Shown in pieces: positions 19,597 to 28,741 of a stretch of 64,000 nucleotides of DNA. The DNA is from Thermodesulfobacteriota bacterium. Lineage in GTDB: Bacteria; Desulfobacterota_D; UBA1144; Nemesobacterales; Nemesobacteraceae. The notes beneath the pieces are model-generated. The model was not told the origin of the DNA and did no database searches. It saw nothing but the letters and a program-made list of their open reading frames with translations. Position 1 is the stretch's first letter, and each line of letters begins with the position of its first letter. Position numbers and translations under genes: made by a program. The stretch is from the NCBI GenBank assembly GCA_965220925.1, contig OZ244851.1, forward strand, positions 4,410 to 68,409, given 5' to 3'.

Positions 19597-20651
19597 TACG
19601 ACTCAGAGCCTCGATGTCTTGGCCGCGTCTCGAATTTTCCTATATCGCGAAGCAGCAGAGATACCAGGTCTATAGTGTGGCCGATATCCTTTTTGTAGGC
19701 GACGGAACTCGGGCTGTGAAGATATCTTGTCGGGACCGACAAGACGGCCGCTCTTGTTCCCTTTCCCGTAACTTGCATAGCGGTCGCGTTAGTGCTTCCC
19801 GCTTTTTTTACCGTGAGCTGGCAGGGAATCGCGTTTTGCTCGGCAAGCTCTTTTACGAAAAAGCTAAAAGACCTGTGCGCCACGAGAAATCTGTCGGAAA
19901 GCCTTATTTCCGGACCCTTGCCGATATTGGCAAATGACTTGCTGTCCGGTACGCCCGGTATATCCATGGCTACCGTTCCTTCTAGCGCCACGGCGAAATC
20001 GGGTTCGTAAACGGGAGTGATGAGCCGCGCTCCGCGAAGTCCTACTTCTTCCTGCACGGTAAAAGTAACTATAAGGTCGCAACCGGGGCGGGGGGTTTTT
20101 CTAAGGGCCTCTATTATAACGAAAAGCCCCATTCTGTCGTCAAGGGCTTTCGAAATAACGGAATCTTCGGTTTCGTCAAGAGAAGTGTCAAACGACACCA
20201 TATCACCTATTTTCACAAGATCGGCCACCGTTTCGCCGCGAAGACCCAAATCGACCACGCAGTCTTCCACCTCGGGAACCTCCTTGGCGCTTGCGCCGCC
20301 TTTGCTCACGTGCGGAGGAATCGCTCCCACTACGGCTTTTAGCGGCTTTTTGCCCCATACAACGAGCCTCTGTCCGTAAAAAACCCTAGAATCCATGCCT
20401 CCAAGAGGCGTTACTCTGAGAAAACCCCTTGAGTCTATGTGGTTAACCATGAATCCCACCTCGTCCATGTGCGCGTCAAGAACGAATCTGGGTCCGTCGC
20501 CCGGTATTCGAGCGATTATGTTTCCTAAAACGTCTTCGGTAACGTCTTTGGTGTATTTGCTTATTTCTTCAAGCAGAATTTCACCGACCATTCCCTCATC
20601 CCCCGGCATTCCGGGAACGTCGCATAATTTTTTAAGGAGTTTTATGTCCAT
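19596..20651 (-). CDS. M42 family aminopeptidase (FrvX / glutamyl aminopeptidase-like)
   Basis: 351-aa ORF. LDAHMDEVGFMV metal-binding motif and overall M42/peptidase M20-like layout. Confidence 0.75.
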   Translation of the reverse strand: MDIKLLKKLCDVPGMPGDEGMVGEILLEEISKYTKDVTEDVLGNIIARIPGDGPRFVLDAHMDEVGFMVNHIDSRGFLRVTPLGGMDSRVFYGQRLVVWGKKPLKAVVGAIPPHVSKGGASAKEVPEVEDCVVDLGLRGETVADLVKIGDMVSFDTSLDETEDSVISKALDDRMGLFVIIEALRKTPRPGCDLIVTFTVQEEVGLRGARLITPVYEPDFAVALEGTVAMDIPGVPDSKSFANIGKGPEIRLSDRFLVAHRSFSFFVKELAEQNAIPCQLTVKKAGSTNATAMQVTGKGTRAAVLSVPTRYLHSPSSVAYKKDIGHTIDLVSLLLRDIGKFETRPRHRGSES

Positions 20652-20787
20652 AGCGGCTGATTATAACCACAGAGACGTTATTTCCAATACTTAAGCTTTA
20701 ACCGTTCTAATTGATTTATGGCGCTTTAGTCTCTAACCTTTTAAAAGAAACCGGTAGAACTCAGACTCAAAACTTAAGGAGAAGGAC

Positions 20788-22098
20788 TTGAATCCGGACA
20801 GTCCAAGTCTTTTCAAACCATCTAAAAAATCTCTTCCGCTTCCCGAAAGAATGAGGCCCGAAAAAATAGAGGATATCGTGGGTCAAGAGCATCTGCTGGG
20901 TAGCGACGGCCTTATAACGAAGATTCTTGAAGCAGGGCGGTTACACTCCATGATATTCTGGGGTCCTCCAGGAACTGGGAAAACGACTCTTTCAAGACTG
21001 ATCGCTTCTGAAGCGGGAGCCAGATTCGTGCAGATAAACGCGGTTTCTTCAGGAGTCAAGGAATTAAGGGACATTGTTTCGGAAGCCAAACAAGCTCTTT
21101 ACTCGGAGAGTAAGACCGTACTTTTTATCGACGAGATACACAGATTTAACAAAGCCCAACAGGCGGCGCTTTTAAAGAGCGTGGAGGAGGGGGTTTTGGT
21201 GTTGATAGGGGCTACCACGGAAAATCCTTCGTTTGAGGTCATAAGCCCGCTTCTTTCCCGCTGCCAGGTTTACGTCTTGAATTCGCTTTCGGCAAAGGAG
21301 CTTGAGTCCATACTTGAAAAAACTCTTTCAGAGGACGAATTTCTCTTCGAAGCTTCACTCTCCGAACAAGCCAGAGAGGAGCTTATAGCGCTTTGCGGCG
21401 GAGACGCCAGAGTGATGCTAAACGCCGTTGAAGTCGCTTTTTCTCTTCTTCGTTCGAATAACGGTTCGCAACTGGACGTCGAATTGGTGAGAGAAGTTTT
21501 CCAAAAAACCGGACTTCTTTACGATAAAGCCGGAGAGGAGCATTACAATACGATTTCCGCTTTTATAAAAAGCGTTAGAGGGAGCGATCCCGACGCGGCG
21601 GTTTATTACCTTGCGAGAATGCTTGAGGCCGGAGAGGATCCTAAATTCATAGCCAGACGGCTTGTGATACTCGCTTCAGAAGACGTGGGCAACGCTGAAC
21701 CTTACGCTCTGACTCTTGCGACCGATTGTTTTACGGCGGTAAATTACGTCGGGATGCCGGAGAGTCGAATAATTCTCTCTCAAGTCGCGACGTATCTCGC
21801 AAGCTGTCCAAAGAGCAACGCCGCCTACAGCGCGATAAGCAAGGCGCAGAAAGACGTGAGAAAAAGACCGGGGCTGGAAATTCCGCTTCACCTGCGAAAC
21901 GCTCCCACGGAGCTTATGAAAGATTTGGGCTATAAAAAGGGATATAAATACGCTCACGACTACGAAGACCATTTTGTCGAAGATGATTTTCTTCCTAAGG
22001 AAATAAGAAATAAAATCTATTACGAGCCCACGGAAAAGGGTAGAGAGGCCAACCTGAAAAAATACTTGGAGACTAGATGGAAAAAGAGAAGGAAGTAA
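20788..22098 (+). CDS. rarA: Replication-associated recombination protein A (AAA+ ATPase)
   Basis: 436-aa ORF with a TTG start behind an AAGGAG RBS. Walker A FWGPPGTGKTTL, Walker B LFIDEIHRFNK, and a C-terminal MgsA domain. Confidence 0.85.
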   Translation: MNPDSPSLFKPSKKSLPLPERMRPEKIEDIVGQEHLLGSDGLITKILEAGRLHSMIFWGPPGTGKTTLSRLIASEAGARFVQINAVSSGVKELRDIVSEAKQALYSESKTVLFIDEIHRFNKAQQAALLKSVEEGVLVLIGATTENPSFEVISPLLSRCQVYVLNSLSAKELESILEKTLSEDEFLFEASLSEQAREELIALCGGDARVMLNAVEVAFSLLRSNNGSQLDVELVREVFQKTGLLYDKAGEEHYNTISAFIKSVRGSDPDAAVYYLARMLEAGEDPKFIARRLVILASEDVGNAEPYALTLATDCFTAVNYVGMPESRIILSQVATYLASCPKSNAAYSAISKAQKDVRKRPGLEIPLHLRNAPTELMKDLGYKKGYKYAHDYEDHFVEDDFLPKEIRNKIYYEPTEKGREANLKKYLETRWKKRRK

Positions 22099-22107
22099 AT
22101 TTGAGAA

Positions 22108-22491
22108 TCAACTTTTTCTTTGTATGAGCTCAATTTTGTATGAATCCGGATCCTCGACAAAAGCTATCACCGTGGTTCCGTGCTTCATCGGTCCGGGAGG
22201 TCTTATTATTTTCCCTCCCGCCTGCTCGATCTTTTCGCAAGCCGAGTATATGTCTTCGACTCCGAACGCCATATGTCCGTAACCGTTTCCGCAGTCGTAT
22301 TGAGATGTATCCCAGTTGTGGGTAAGTTCGAGAAACGGTTCGGAGTCCCCGCCGCCGCCTAGGAAAGCGAGAGTGAATCGTCCTTGCGGATAATCGGTTT
22401 TTCTGTGAAATTTAAGCCCCAAAACTTCAGTGTAAAACACAATTGATTTCTCAAGATCCCCAACCCGTATCATAGTGTGAAGATATTCCAT
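22108..22491 (-). CDS. gloA: Lactoylglutathione lyase (glyoxalase I)
   Basis: 127-aa ORF. MEYLHTMIRVGDLEKSIVFYTEVLGL and HNWD...GYGHMAF metal-binding motifs. Confidence 0.85.
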   Translation of the reverse strand: MEYLHTMIRVGDLEKSIVFYTEVLGLKFHRKTDYPQGRFTLAFLGGGGDSEPFLELTHNWDTSQYDCGNGYGHMAFGVEDIYSACEKIEQAGGKIIRPPGPMKHGTTVIAFVEDPDSYKIELIQRKS

Positions 22492-22578
22492 GCCGACACC
22501 CGAAGCGGTTTGTCCAATTCCGCCTTTCGATTATTATACAGTAGCCGCGCGCGCGATTCCATAAATCGGGAAAATGTC

Positions 22579-22722
22579 ATGATGAACGAAAAGAAGCTCA
22601 AAAAACCGAAATCGAGAAAACCCGTCCCTCAAAAACCCGGCAAGGTTATACTCTCGAAAAAAGATGTAGAGAGTAAAAAGAGATTCAGAAAAGCGCATTG
22701 GGAAAAAGAGGCGGAGAAATAA
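22579..22722 (+). CDS. Possible small highly basic protein (47 aa)
   Basis: In-frame ATG ATG at 22579. Translation MMNEKKLKKPKSRKPVPQKPGKVILSKKDVESKKRFRKAHWEKEAEK is Lys/Arg-rich. The upstream part of the listed ORF overlaps gloA and was trimmed. No family recognised. Confidence 0.3.
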   Translation: MMNEKKLKKPKSRKPVPQKPGKVILSKKDVESKKRFRKAHWEKEAEK

Positions 22723-22726
22723 GCAG

Positions 22727-23782
22727 GTGAAAACTCTCGAAGGTAAGACGGCGGGAATAACGGGGGCGACGGGTTTTATCGGAGGCAAGCTTGCGCAAAG
22801 ACTCGTAAGCGACGGTTGTTCGATAAAGTGCCTCGTTAGAGAAACGAGCGATACCGAAGGACTGCGTCGTCTGGGCGCCGAACTCGTTTGCGGAGACTTA
22901 ACAGATCCGGAGTCGTTAAGCGATCTTCCCAAAGAATGCGATTACGTCTTCCATCTTGCTTCCAAAGTTTCGGACTGGGGACCCAGAGAAGAGTTCTTCG
23001 GGGAGAACGTCGTCGCCACGAACACCCTTCTTGATTCCTGCCTAGAAGCTGGAGTGAAAAGATTTATCTACATGAGTTCCTCAACCGTGATTTGGAACGC
23101 TTCGCTTTTCTCAACTCCCAATCTCTCGAACATAGACGAAACTTACCCATACCCGAAAAGCCATCATAATTTCTACAACGAAACCAAAGCCATTTCGGAG
23201 AGACTGGTAAGGGAGTATAACGGAAAAGGAGGTCTTGAAACGGTGATTTTGAGACCGTCCAATGTCTGGGGAGCTGGAGATACGGTCATACTTCCGAGAA
23301 TAGCCGAAGCCTCCCTGAAGGGAATTCTCGTGAACATGGGTTTCGGAAAGAAAGTCGTTTCGCCATGCCATGTGCTTAACTTGGTTTACGCGACGATTCT
23401 TTCGGCCCTTTCCCCGGTTGCCTCCGGCAACATTTACTTCGTAAACGACGGGATTCATATCGACAACCGCCGTTTTGTCTTCGATCAGCTTAAATCCATA
23501 GGTATTGAATGGAAGCCGGCGCTCACGGTGCCCTACGCGCTCGGATATTCCGTCGCTTTCATTCTTGAGAAAATTTTCGAACTTATGGGATCGAAAAAAC
23601 CACCGGTGCTCACGCGCTTCGGAGTCTCCGCTCTTTCGAAAAGCAGAACCTACAGTATAGAAAAAGCGAAGGAAGATTTGGGATACGAACCGGTATGCGG
23701 CTACGAGGAAGGAATGAGAGAGCTTTCCGACTGGATTTCCCAGATGGGGGGTTACGAAAAACTTGTCGCAAAAGGAAGATAA
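22727..23782 (+). CDS. NAD-dependent epimerase/dehydratase (SDR superfamily, 3-beta-HSD-like)
   Basis: 351-aa ORF with a GTG start. Rossmann motif GITGATGFIGGKL and a YxxxK catalytic region (YNETK). Confidence 0.75.
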   Translation: MKTLEGKTAGITGATGFIGGKLAQRLVSDGCSIKCLVRETSDTEGLRRLGAELVCGDLTDPESLSDLPKECDYVFHLASKVSDWGPREEFFGENVVATNTLLDSCLEAGVKRFIYMSSSTVIWNASLFSTPNLSNIDETYPYPKSHHNFYNETKAISERLVREYNGKGGLETVILRPSNVWGAGDTVILPRIAEASLKGILVNMGFGKKVVSPCHVLNLVYATILSALSPVASGNIYFVNDGIHIDNRRFVFDQLKSIGIEWKPALTVPYALGYSVAFILEKIFELMGSKKPPVLTRFGVSALSKSRTYSIEKAKEDLGYEPVCGYEEGMRELSDWISQMGGYEKLVAKGR

Positions 23783-23783
23783 G

Positions 23784-24506
23784 ATGCCCCGAGGCGATTT
23801 TGAAATAGAAGCTAGAGGTCTTCGCAAGCGCTTCGGGTCCTTCGCGGCGCTTAAGGGAGTGACGCTTGAAGTTGAAAAAGGACGGTTTCTCTGCGTTTTC
23901 GGTCCCAACGGGGCGGGGAAATCAACGCTGCTTTCCATCTTGGCGACGTTTATGAAACCCAGCGGGGGAGAAGCGTTTGTCGGCGGTTTCGACGTTTTGC
24001 GGGAAAGGTCTAAAGTAAGAAAGCTCGCCGGTTTCATATCGCACCATACGATGCTTTACGAAAACCTCACCGCGTTGGAAAACTTAAGATTCATAGGGGC
24101 TTTTTACGATACGCCGGATCTTGAAGACAGATGTTCGGATATTTTGCGAAAAGTTGGGCTTTATTCAAAGAAAAACTCGCCCGTAAGTTCTCTTTCTTTC
24201 GGAATGCGCAAGCGTCTTGCGATCGCCAGAACTTTGATTCACGATCCCGGGATATTTTTTCTCGACGAACCCTACAGCGGACTTGATTACTCGGGAGCGG
24301 CCATGCTTACGTCGATACTTGAATCGGTGAAGGAAGATAAAACCGTGATCATGACGACTCATAACGTTTACGAAGGACTTTCCCTGTGCGACAAAGTCGC
24401 GATTCTAAATCGTGGAGAGGTGGTCTACTCCTGCCAGAGTAATCCCGGAAGCCTTGAATTTCAAAAAATCTACGCTTCCCGAATCGCAAACGAAGACGCT
24501 CGATGA
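23784..24506 (+). CDS. ccmA: Heme exporter ABC ATP-binding protein CcmA
   Basis: Walker A GPNGAGKST, ABC signature LSFGMRKRL and Walker B FFLDEP. First gene of a ccmABCDEF series. The start is taken at ATG 23784 behind an AAGGAAG RBS rather than the overlapping upstream ATG. Confidence 0.7.
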   Translation: MPRGDFEIEARGLRKRFGSFAALKGVTLEVEKGRFLCVFGPNGAGKSTLLSILATFMKPSGGEAFVGGFDVLRERSKVRKLAGFISHHTMLYENLTALENLRFIGAFYDTPDLEDRCSDILRKVGLYSKKNSPVSSLSFGMRKRLAIARTLIHDPGIFFLDEPYSGLDYSGAAMLTSILESVKEDKTVIMTTHNVYEGLSLCDKVAILNRGEVVYSCQSNPGSLEFQKIYASRIANEDAR

Positions 24507-25201
24507 GAAAAATACTTTTGATATTCAAAAAAGATCTTACGATCGAGTGGCGCTCGAAACAGCTTTTGCCCACGATGTTTGTGTTCTCGCTTCTGCTGCT
24601 TTTGATTTTTAACGTCGCTTTCGAGTTCCGCTCGCAGATAAATTCCCGGACGCTTTCGGCCGTTATGTGGGCGACATTTATTTTCTCCGGACTTTTCGCT
24701 CTCGCAAGATCTTTTTCCCTCGAAAAGGAAAACAACGCTTTTTTGTTTCTTCTCCTCACTCCGGTGGATAGAAGTTTTATCTATCTCGGGAAGCTCCTAT
24801 CGAACTTGGTCATGGTGCTGCTTTCGGAACTTTTCATAATTCCGCTTTTCTTTCTGTTTTTTCTTTCCTCTTCAGACCTGGTCTCGATTTCCCTGGCGGA
24901 CGCGCTTCTTCCTTTCTTCGGAGTCGTGGCGCTTGGAACCTTGGGTTTCGTAGCGCTCGGCACTTTTTTTTCTTCAATGGCGTTCAATACGAAGCTTCGA
25001 GACATGATGCTTCCCCTGCTGGTTTTTCCCCTGATCATACCCGTGGTGATAACTTCGGTTGGGATATGCTCTTCGATACTGGAAGGAAAGCCGTTTAGTC
25101 ACTATGCTTTTTCTTTGCAGGTACTTATTTCCTTTGATATAATCTTCGTCCTTTTATGCTCCGTTTTGTTCGAGTATCTTGTTGAAGATAGCGTAGATTA
25201 A
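24503..25201 (+). CDS. ccmB: Heme exporter membrane protein CcmB
   Basis: 232-aa polytopic membrane ORF overlapping the ccmA stop. Size and hydropathy match CcmB, and the gene context agrees. Confidence 0.7.
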   Translation: MRKILLIFKKDLTIEWRSKQLLPTMFVFSLLLLLIFNVAFEFRSQINSRTLSAVMWATFIFSGLFALARSFSLEKENNAFLFLLLTPVDRSFIYLGKLLSNLVMVLLSELFIIPLFFLFFLSSSDLVSISLADALLPFFGVVALGTLGFVALGTFFSSMAFNTKLRDMMLPLLVFPLIIPVVITSVGICSSILEGKPFSHYAFSLQVLISFDIIFVLLCSVLFEYLVEDSVD

Positions 25202-25220
25202 CCCGTTTTATTTAAATCTG

Positions 25221-25871
25221 ATGAGAAAAATACTGTTTTTCGCCACTTTCGCGTTAATGGTTCTTTGCACCTGGATGACTCTTTTCTACGCGCCCACGGA
25301 AACCGTGATGGGAGATGTGCAGAGAATTTTCTATTTTCATATGGGAACCGTGTGGGCGGCGACTGTGGCGTTCACGGTGGTTTTTGTAGCGAGCGTGGCA
25401 TATCTTTTGAAGGAGACGGCGAAATGGGATACGCTTGCTTACTGCTCGGCGGAGATAGGTGTTTTGCTGCTTACCCTTACAATCGTAACCGGAAGCATAT
25501 GGGCGAAACCCGTCTGGGGAACCTGGTGGACATGGGATCCGCAGCTTACCACAACTTTTATTCTCTGGGTTCTCTACGCGGTTTATCTGGTTTTGCGTTC
25601 CGGAGCGGGCAATCGTGGGAAAAAGGCCAGATACTCCGCTATTTTCGCCATAATAGCGTATGTGGATCTTCCCTTGGTTTACATTTCCGCTCGTATAAAA
25701 AGAGGCATATCTCCCGTGGTCTTCGGACCTGGGGGAGGGGGAATAGACCCAGCGATGATGCACGCTCTTTTGGTCTGTTTGCTGGGATTCACGCTTCTTT
25801 TCGTCTTGCTTTTAAGCGAAAGGATAAGAGTAATGAACATGGAGAATGCGATTAATTCGCAAAACGAGTGA
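25221..25871 (+). CDS. ccmC: Heme exporter protein CcmC (WWD domain)
   Basis: 216-aa ORF with the tryptophan-rich WGTWWTWDPQLTT motif diagnostic of CcmC/CcmF family heme-handling proteins. Confidence 0.8.
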   Translation: MRKILFFATFALMVLCTWMTLFYAPTETVMGDVQRIFYFHMGTVWAATVAFTVVFVASVAYLLKETAKWDTLAYCSAEIGVLLLTLTIVTGSIWAKPVWGTWWTWDPQLTTTFILWVLYAVYLVLRSGAGNRGKKARYSAIFAIIAYVDLPLVYISARIKRGISPVVFGPGGGGIDPAMMHALLVCLLGFTLLFVLLLSERIRVMNMENAINSQNE

Positions 25872-25879
25872 GGTTATAA

Positions 25880-26020
25880 ATGGAATATTTTTTCTGGTCC
25901 AACGTGGTGGTTTGGAGCTCTCTTGTAGCTTACGCGTTTTATCTTTACGTAAAGTCGAATTCCGCGAGAAAAAAACTTCGCTCTTTTGAAAGCGATCGCC
26001 CAAGCGGAGGTGAAAGTTGA
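25880..26020 (+). CDS. ccmD: CcmD-like small membrane protein (46 aa)
   Basis: Unlisted short ORF. Translation MEYFFWSNVVVWSSLVAYAFYLYVKSNSARKKLRSFESDRPSGGES has a single TM helix and basic tail, fits the ccmC-ccmE gap exactly, and overlaps the ccmE start by 4 nt. Confidence 0.45.
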   Translation: MEYFFWSNVVVWSSLVAYAFYLYVKSNSARKKLRSFESDRPSGGES

Positions 26021-26427
26021 GAGGCAAGTTTAAGTTTATCGTCCCTATTTTCGTAATCGTGTCTTTAATCGGCTGGCTTGTTTTCGCGGGGATTAAGGAT
26101 TCCATGGTTTACTACATAACCGTCGACGAACTGCTTGAGAGTGTCCCCGAAGTTTACGATAGCAAGGTAAGAGTCTCTGGAACGGTCGTTCACGGATCGA
26201 TTCGAAACGATGTGGACGATTCCCTCCGGTTCGAGATAGCCGACGGCCAAGGTAAGGTGGGAGTTGAGTACAGCGGCGTGATTCCCGACATATTCACCGA
26301 CGGAGTCGAGGCGGTTGTGGAAGGAACGCTTTCCGAAGAAAATGTTTTTAAGGCGGATCTTCTTCTCGCGAAATGTCCCACCAAGTATGAATCGGAAGAA
26401 GGTCCCTACCGGAGAAAAGAAGGTTAG
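26017..26427 (+). CDS. ccmE: Cytochrome c-type biogenesis heme chaperone CcmE, variant with Cys in place of the heme-binding His (LAKCPTKY)
   Basis: 136-aa ORF with an N-terminal membrane anchor and OB-fold core (VSGTVVHGSI, FEIADGQGKVGVEYSGVIPDIFTDGVEAVVEG). The C-terminal motif is LAKCPTKY, where canonical CcmE has LAKHDENY. Confidence 0.8.
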   Translation: MRGKFKFIVPIFVIVSLIGWLVFAGIKDSMVYYITVDELLESVPEVYDSKVRVSGTVVHGSIRNDVDDSLRFEIADGQGKVGVEYSGVIPDIFTDGVEAVVEGTLSEENVFKADLLLAKCPTKYESEEGPYRRKEG

Positions 26428-26429
26428 CA

Positions 26430-28391
26430 ATGTCCGATCTCGGAAGCGTTTCAGTACTCCTTTCCTTCTTTATCGCAATTTACGGGTTGGGGGCGAGCGT
26501 ATTTGCAGCCAGAAGCGGGAGTCTTCCGTTTGCCAAAAGTGGCGCAAACGCTCTTTTGTCAGTCGCTTTTCTGCTTTGCGTCGCCGTTGTCTGTCTTCTT
26601 TACGAACTTGTGACGCTTGATTTTTCAATCAGGTACGTGGCGCTTAACACAAGTACCGATCTTCCGACAATATACAGAATAACGGCTCTTTGGGCGGGTC
26701 AGGCGGGTTCCCTTCTCCTTTGGAGCTTCGTTCTATCCGTCTACGCCTCTTTTGTGGTGCTTAAAAGCCGGAGAAATCGTGAAAATTCTTACGTAATCGC
26801 CGTTTTGTGCGCGGTTTCGCTTTTCTTCCTGTTTCTTATAGCCTACGTGGAGGATCCGTTTTCCAAACTCGGCGTCTCGGTTGATCAGGGAAGAGGGCTT
26901 AACCCCATACTTCAAAACGGCTACATGGCGATTCACCCGATCACTCTTTACGTCGGATACGTCGGCATTACCGTTCCGTTCGCTTTCGGCGCCGCGGCTT
27001 TGCTAAATGGAAGCTTGGGAGACGAATGGATAAGAAATTCGAGAAAATACGCTCTTTTTTCCTGGGTGTTTCTCTCCGCCGGCCTTTTCCTCGGCGCCAG
27101 ATGGGCTTATCTTGAACTCGGCTGGGGAGGGTACTGGGCGTGGGATCCCGTTGAGAACGCGGCTTTTATGCCCTGGCTTACCCTTACGGCGTTTATTCAC
27201 TCGGTTATGATTCAGGAGAGAAAAGGGATGCTTAGAAAGTGGAATCTGATTCTGCTTATAACCACCTTCTTCCTTTCCATATTCGGTACTTTCATAACCA
27301 GAAGCGGAGTGGTGTCTTCGGTTCATTCTTTCGCGCGCTCGGATATAGGTCCGCTTTTTCTGGGATTTATGGTTGTCATTCTTCTTTTTTCCTTCTCTCT
27401 TCTTCTCTACAGATCAAACGATCTTAAAAGCGAAGAGAAATTCGATTCCGTGCTTTCCAGGGAAAGCGCTTTTCTTTTTAACAATCTTCTTTTCCTGGCG
27501 GCGGCGTTCACCGTGTTTCTGGGCACGATTTTCCCTATATTGTCGGAAGCGTTCACGGGAGAAAAAATCTTGGTGGGACCTCCTTATTTCAACGCCGTTG
27601 GCGTGCCCATAGGGCTTGTGCTTATTCTGCTTATGGGAGCGGGGCCGCTTATATCGTGGAGAAAGGCTTCTTCGAAAAATTTAAGAAGAAATTTTCTTTT
27701 TCCCGCGGCGGTTTTCTTCGTGACGCTTCTTGCGCTTTTTCTCTCGGGAATGCGAAACCCCGTGGCGCTTTTAAGCTTCTCGCTTTGCGGCTTTGTTTGC
27801 GCTACGGTGTTTCTTGAATATTTTCGAGGTGTCGGGATTCGCGTCTCGAGAGGAGAAAATCCGCTTCGGGCTTTTTTCAACCTCGTCTCAAGAAACCGAA
27901 GACGCTACGGCGGATATATAGTTCATCTGGGAGTGGTGCTGGTAGTGGCGGGAATCACGGCTTCTTCGTTGTTCGTAACGCAGAAGGAAGTGGTTTTGGA
28001 GAAAGGAGATTCGTTTTCTCTCGGAAGATACGATTTGATATTTGGAGGATTAAGCTATATTTCAAACGACGCTAAAGACGGATTTTCCGCGGAATTCTCC
28101 GTCCGAAGCGAAGGTAAAAATCTCGCTAAGATGTATCCGGAGAAAAATATTTACAAGTACGAAGGAAACAGAGAGATAAACCGGGAGACCGAAGTGGCGC
28201 TTCGTTCCACGATAAGAGACGATCTTTATCTTATACTCTCCGAAGTGGCTCCGAGCGGGAGGGTAAACATAAGGGCTCTTTTAAATCCGATGGTTAACTG
28301 GATATGGATGGGCGGAGCGGTTATCGTGGCGGGGGCGATAGTTTCGATGTGGCCTCGTCGCGGGGGAAAAAAGAAGGAGGCCTCGGCGTGA
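26430..28391 (+). CDS. ccmF: Cytochrome c-type biogenesis protein CcmF (heme lyase component)
   Basis: 653-aa polytopic ORF with the WWD motif GWGGYWAWDPVEN and conserved His-containing loops. Confidence 0.85.
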   Translation: MSDLGSVSVLLSFFIAIYGLGASVFAARSGSLPFAKSGANALLSVAFLLCVAVVCLLYELVTLDFSIRYVALNTSTDLPTIYRITALWAGQAGSLLLWSFVLSVYASFVVLKSRRNRENSYVIAVLCAVSLFFLFLIAYVEDPFSKLGVSVDQGRGLNPILQNGYMAIHPITLYVGYVGITVPFAFGAAALLNGSLGDEWIRNSRKYALFSWVFLSAGLFLGARWAYLELGWGGYWAWDPVENAAFMPWLTLTAFIHSVMIQERKGMLRKWNLILLITTFFLSIFGTFITRSGVVSSVHSFARSDIGPLFLGFMVVILLFSFSLLLYRSNDLKSEEKFDSVLSRESAFLFNNLLFLAAAFTVFLGTIFPILSEAFTGEKILVGPPYFNAVGVPIGLVLILLMGAGPLISWRKASSKNLRRNFLFPAAVFFVTLLALFLSGMRNPVALLSFSLCGFVCATVFLEYFRGVGIRVSRGENPLRAFFNLVSRNRRRYGGYIVHLGVVLVVAGITASSLFVTQKEVVLEKGDSFSLGRYDLIFGGLSYISNDAKDGFSAEFSVRSEGKNLAKMYPEKNIYKYEGNREINRETEVALRSTIRDDLYLILSEVAPSGRVNIRALLNPMVNWIWMGGAVIVAGAIVSMWPRRGGKKKEASA

Positions 28392-28741
28392 TGGAGCATC
28401 TGATCTCGTTTTTTCTGGCCTTGCTAGTTTCGGTCTTTACCGTATATCCTCTTTTTCTAAATCGGGAGAGCAAAGCCGGCAGTGCGGCGTATGACTCCGA
28501 TTACTCCCCGATATCGCGGCTTTACGAAAAAAAGAACCTATACAGCCTCTCCGTAAAGGATATAGAGCTTGACAGGGATATGGGAAAGCTAAGCGAAGAG
28601 GATTATTTGGAACTTATCGCGAAATACGAAGAAAAAACATCGGACGTCGAAAAACGTATCTCGTCTCTTGAGTCGGCTTCGGCGACCCGAGGTACGATTG
28701 GAAATACGGAAGTCTCTCCCTTCCAAACTCCCTTACGCTGA
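28391..28741 (+). CDS. Small membrane-anchored protein of unknown function downstream of ccmF (possible ccm accessory)
   Basis: The listed ORF (28304-28741) overlaps ccmF, so the start was trimmed to ATG 28391, which overlaps the ccmF stop. It has an N-terminal TM helix (LISFFLALLVSVFTVYPLF) and then a charged helical region. Abuts the next gene. Confidence 0.4.
   Translation: MEHLISFFLALLVSVFTVYPLFLNRESKAGSAAYDSDYSPISRLYEKKNLYSLSVKDIELDRDMGKLSEEDYLELIAKYEEKTSDVEKRISSLESASATRGTIGNTEVSPFQTPLR

Noticed and set aside
22477-22578. N-terminal extension of the small basic ORF
   Set aside because: It overlaps the start of gloA on the opposite strand, and its translation (MKIFHADTRSGLSNSAFRLLYSSRARDSINRENV) is not coding-like. 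It was trimmed to the ATG ATG at 22579, and the remaining call has low confidence.
28304-28390. Upstream extension of the ORF after ccmF
   Set aside because: It overlaps the last 88 nt of ccmF in another frame. The in-frame ATG at 28391 directly after the ccmF stop gives a sensible TM-first protein.
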